64,000 bases of DNA, taken from positions 62,001-126,000 of the forward strand of contig MCFE01000072.1 in NCBI GenBank assembly GCA_002104905.1. The letters run 5' to 3'. The position numbers and the translations under genes are program-made. The notes under the pieces are model-generated. The model did no database searches, was not told where the DNA came from, and saw only the letters and a list, made by a program, of their open reading frames with translations. This document shows, piece after piece, positions 63,828 through 64,000 of the stretch (its first letter is position 1; each line of letters begins with the position of its first letter). Source of the stretch: Basidiobolus meristosporus CBS 931.73 (Eukaryota; Fungi; Basidiobolomycota).

Positions 63828-64000
63828 CCCTATGATAAATTATTGAGATGATCCCATCAAAAGGCCATCACAAAGTTAGAGTCTTGTGATTAAGAGGTAC
63901 TGATCTTGTCAGGACACCATCCAGAGACCATTGAAAAATAATTGCACCCCAGATTTCACAAAAAACTTCGTCAGAATTTTTCATCATGACAATGTATAAG
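63828..64000 (+). mobile_element. CMC left end running off the window
   Basis: CCCTATGATAAAT; homologous to 30270-30440. Confidence 0.72.

Overview
Eukaryotic DNA, most likely from an early-diverging fungus (inferred from 53-72 nt GT-AG introns, compact genes and fungal-type transposons; the species cannot be determined). The window has two sharply different halves. (1) Bases 1-17.6 kb: a minus-strand tandem array of at least nine GT1/UDP-glycosyltransferase loci. Three are intact, one runs off the window, two are near-identical copies with +1 frameshifts (probably consensus errors) and three are decayed relics. The genes share a 3-exon structure and an animal-UGT-like topology: signal peptide, C-terminal transmembrane helix and KxKxx ER-retrieval tail. 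They carry an atypical FAPQ...GDH signature and show gene-conversion mosaicism. (2) About 18.3-64 kb: a strongly CpG-depleted nest of transposons. It holds a young full-length Ty3/gypsy element (369-bp LTRs, 4-bp TSD, tRNA-Leu-type PBS), older gypsy and copia remnants, solo LTRs and many CMC/EnSpm (CCCTA-ended) copies. It also holds a PHIS/Harbinger-type family with ANT target duplications that includes transposase remnants, MITEs and large foldback hairpins. Paired CA/TG differences between repeat copies point to targeted CpG hypermutation. All analysis was by eye; coordinates of decayed elements are approximate.
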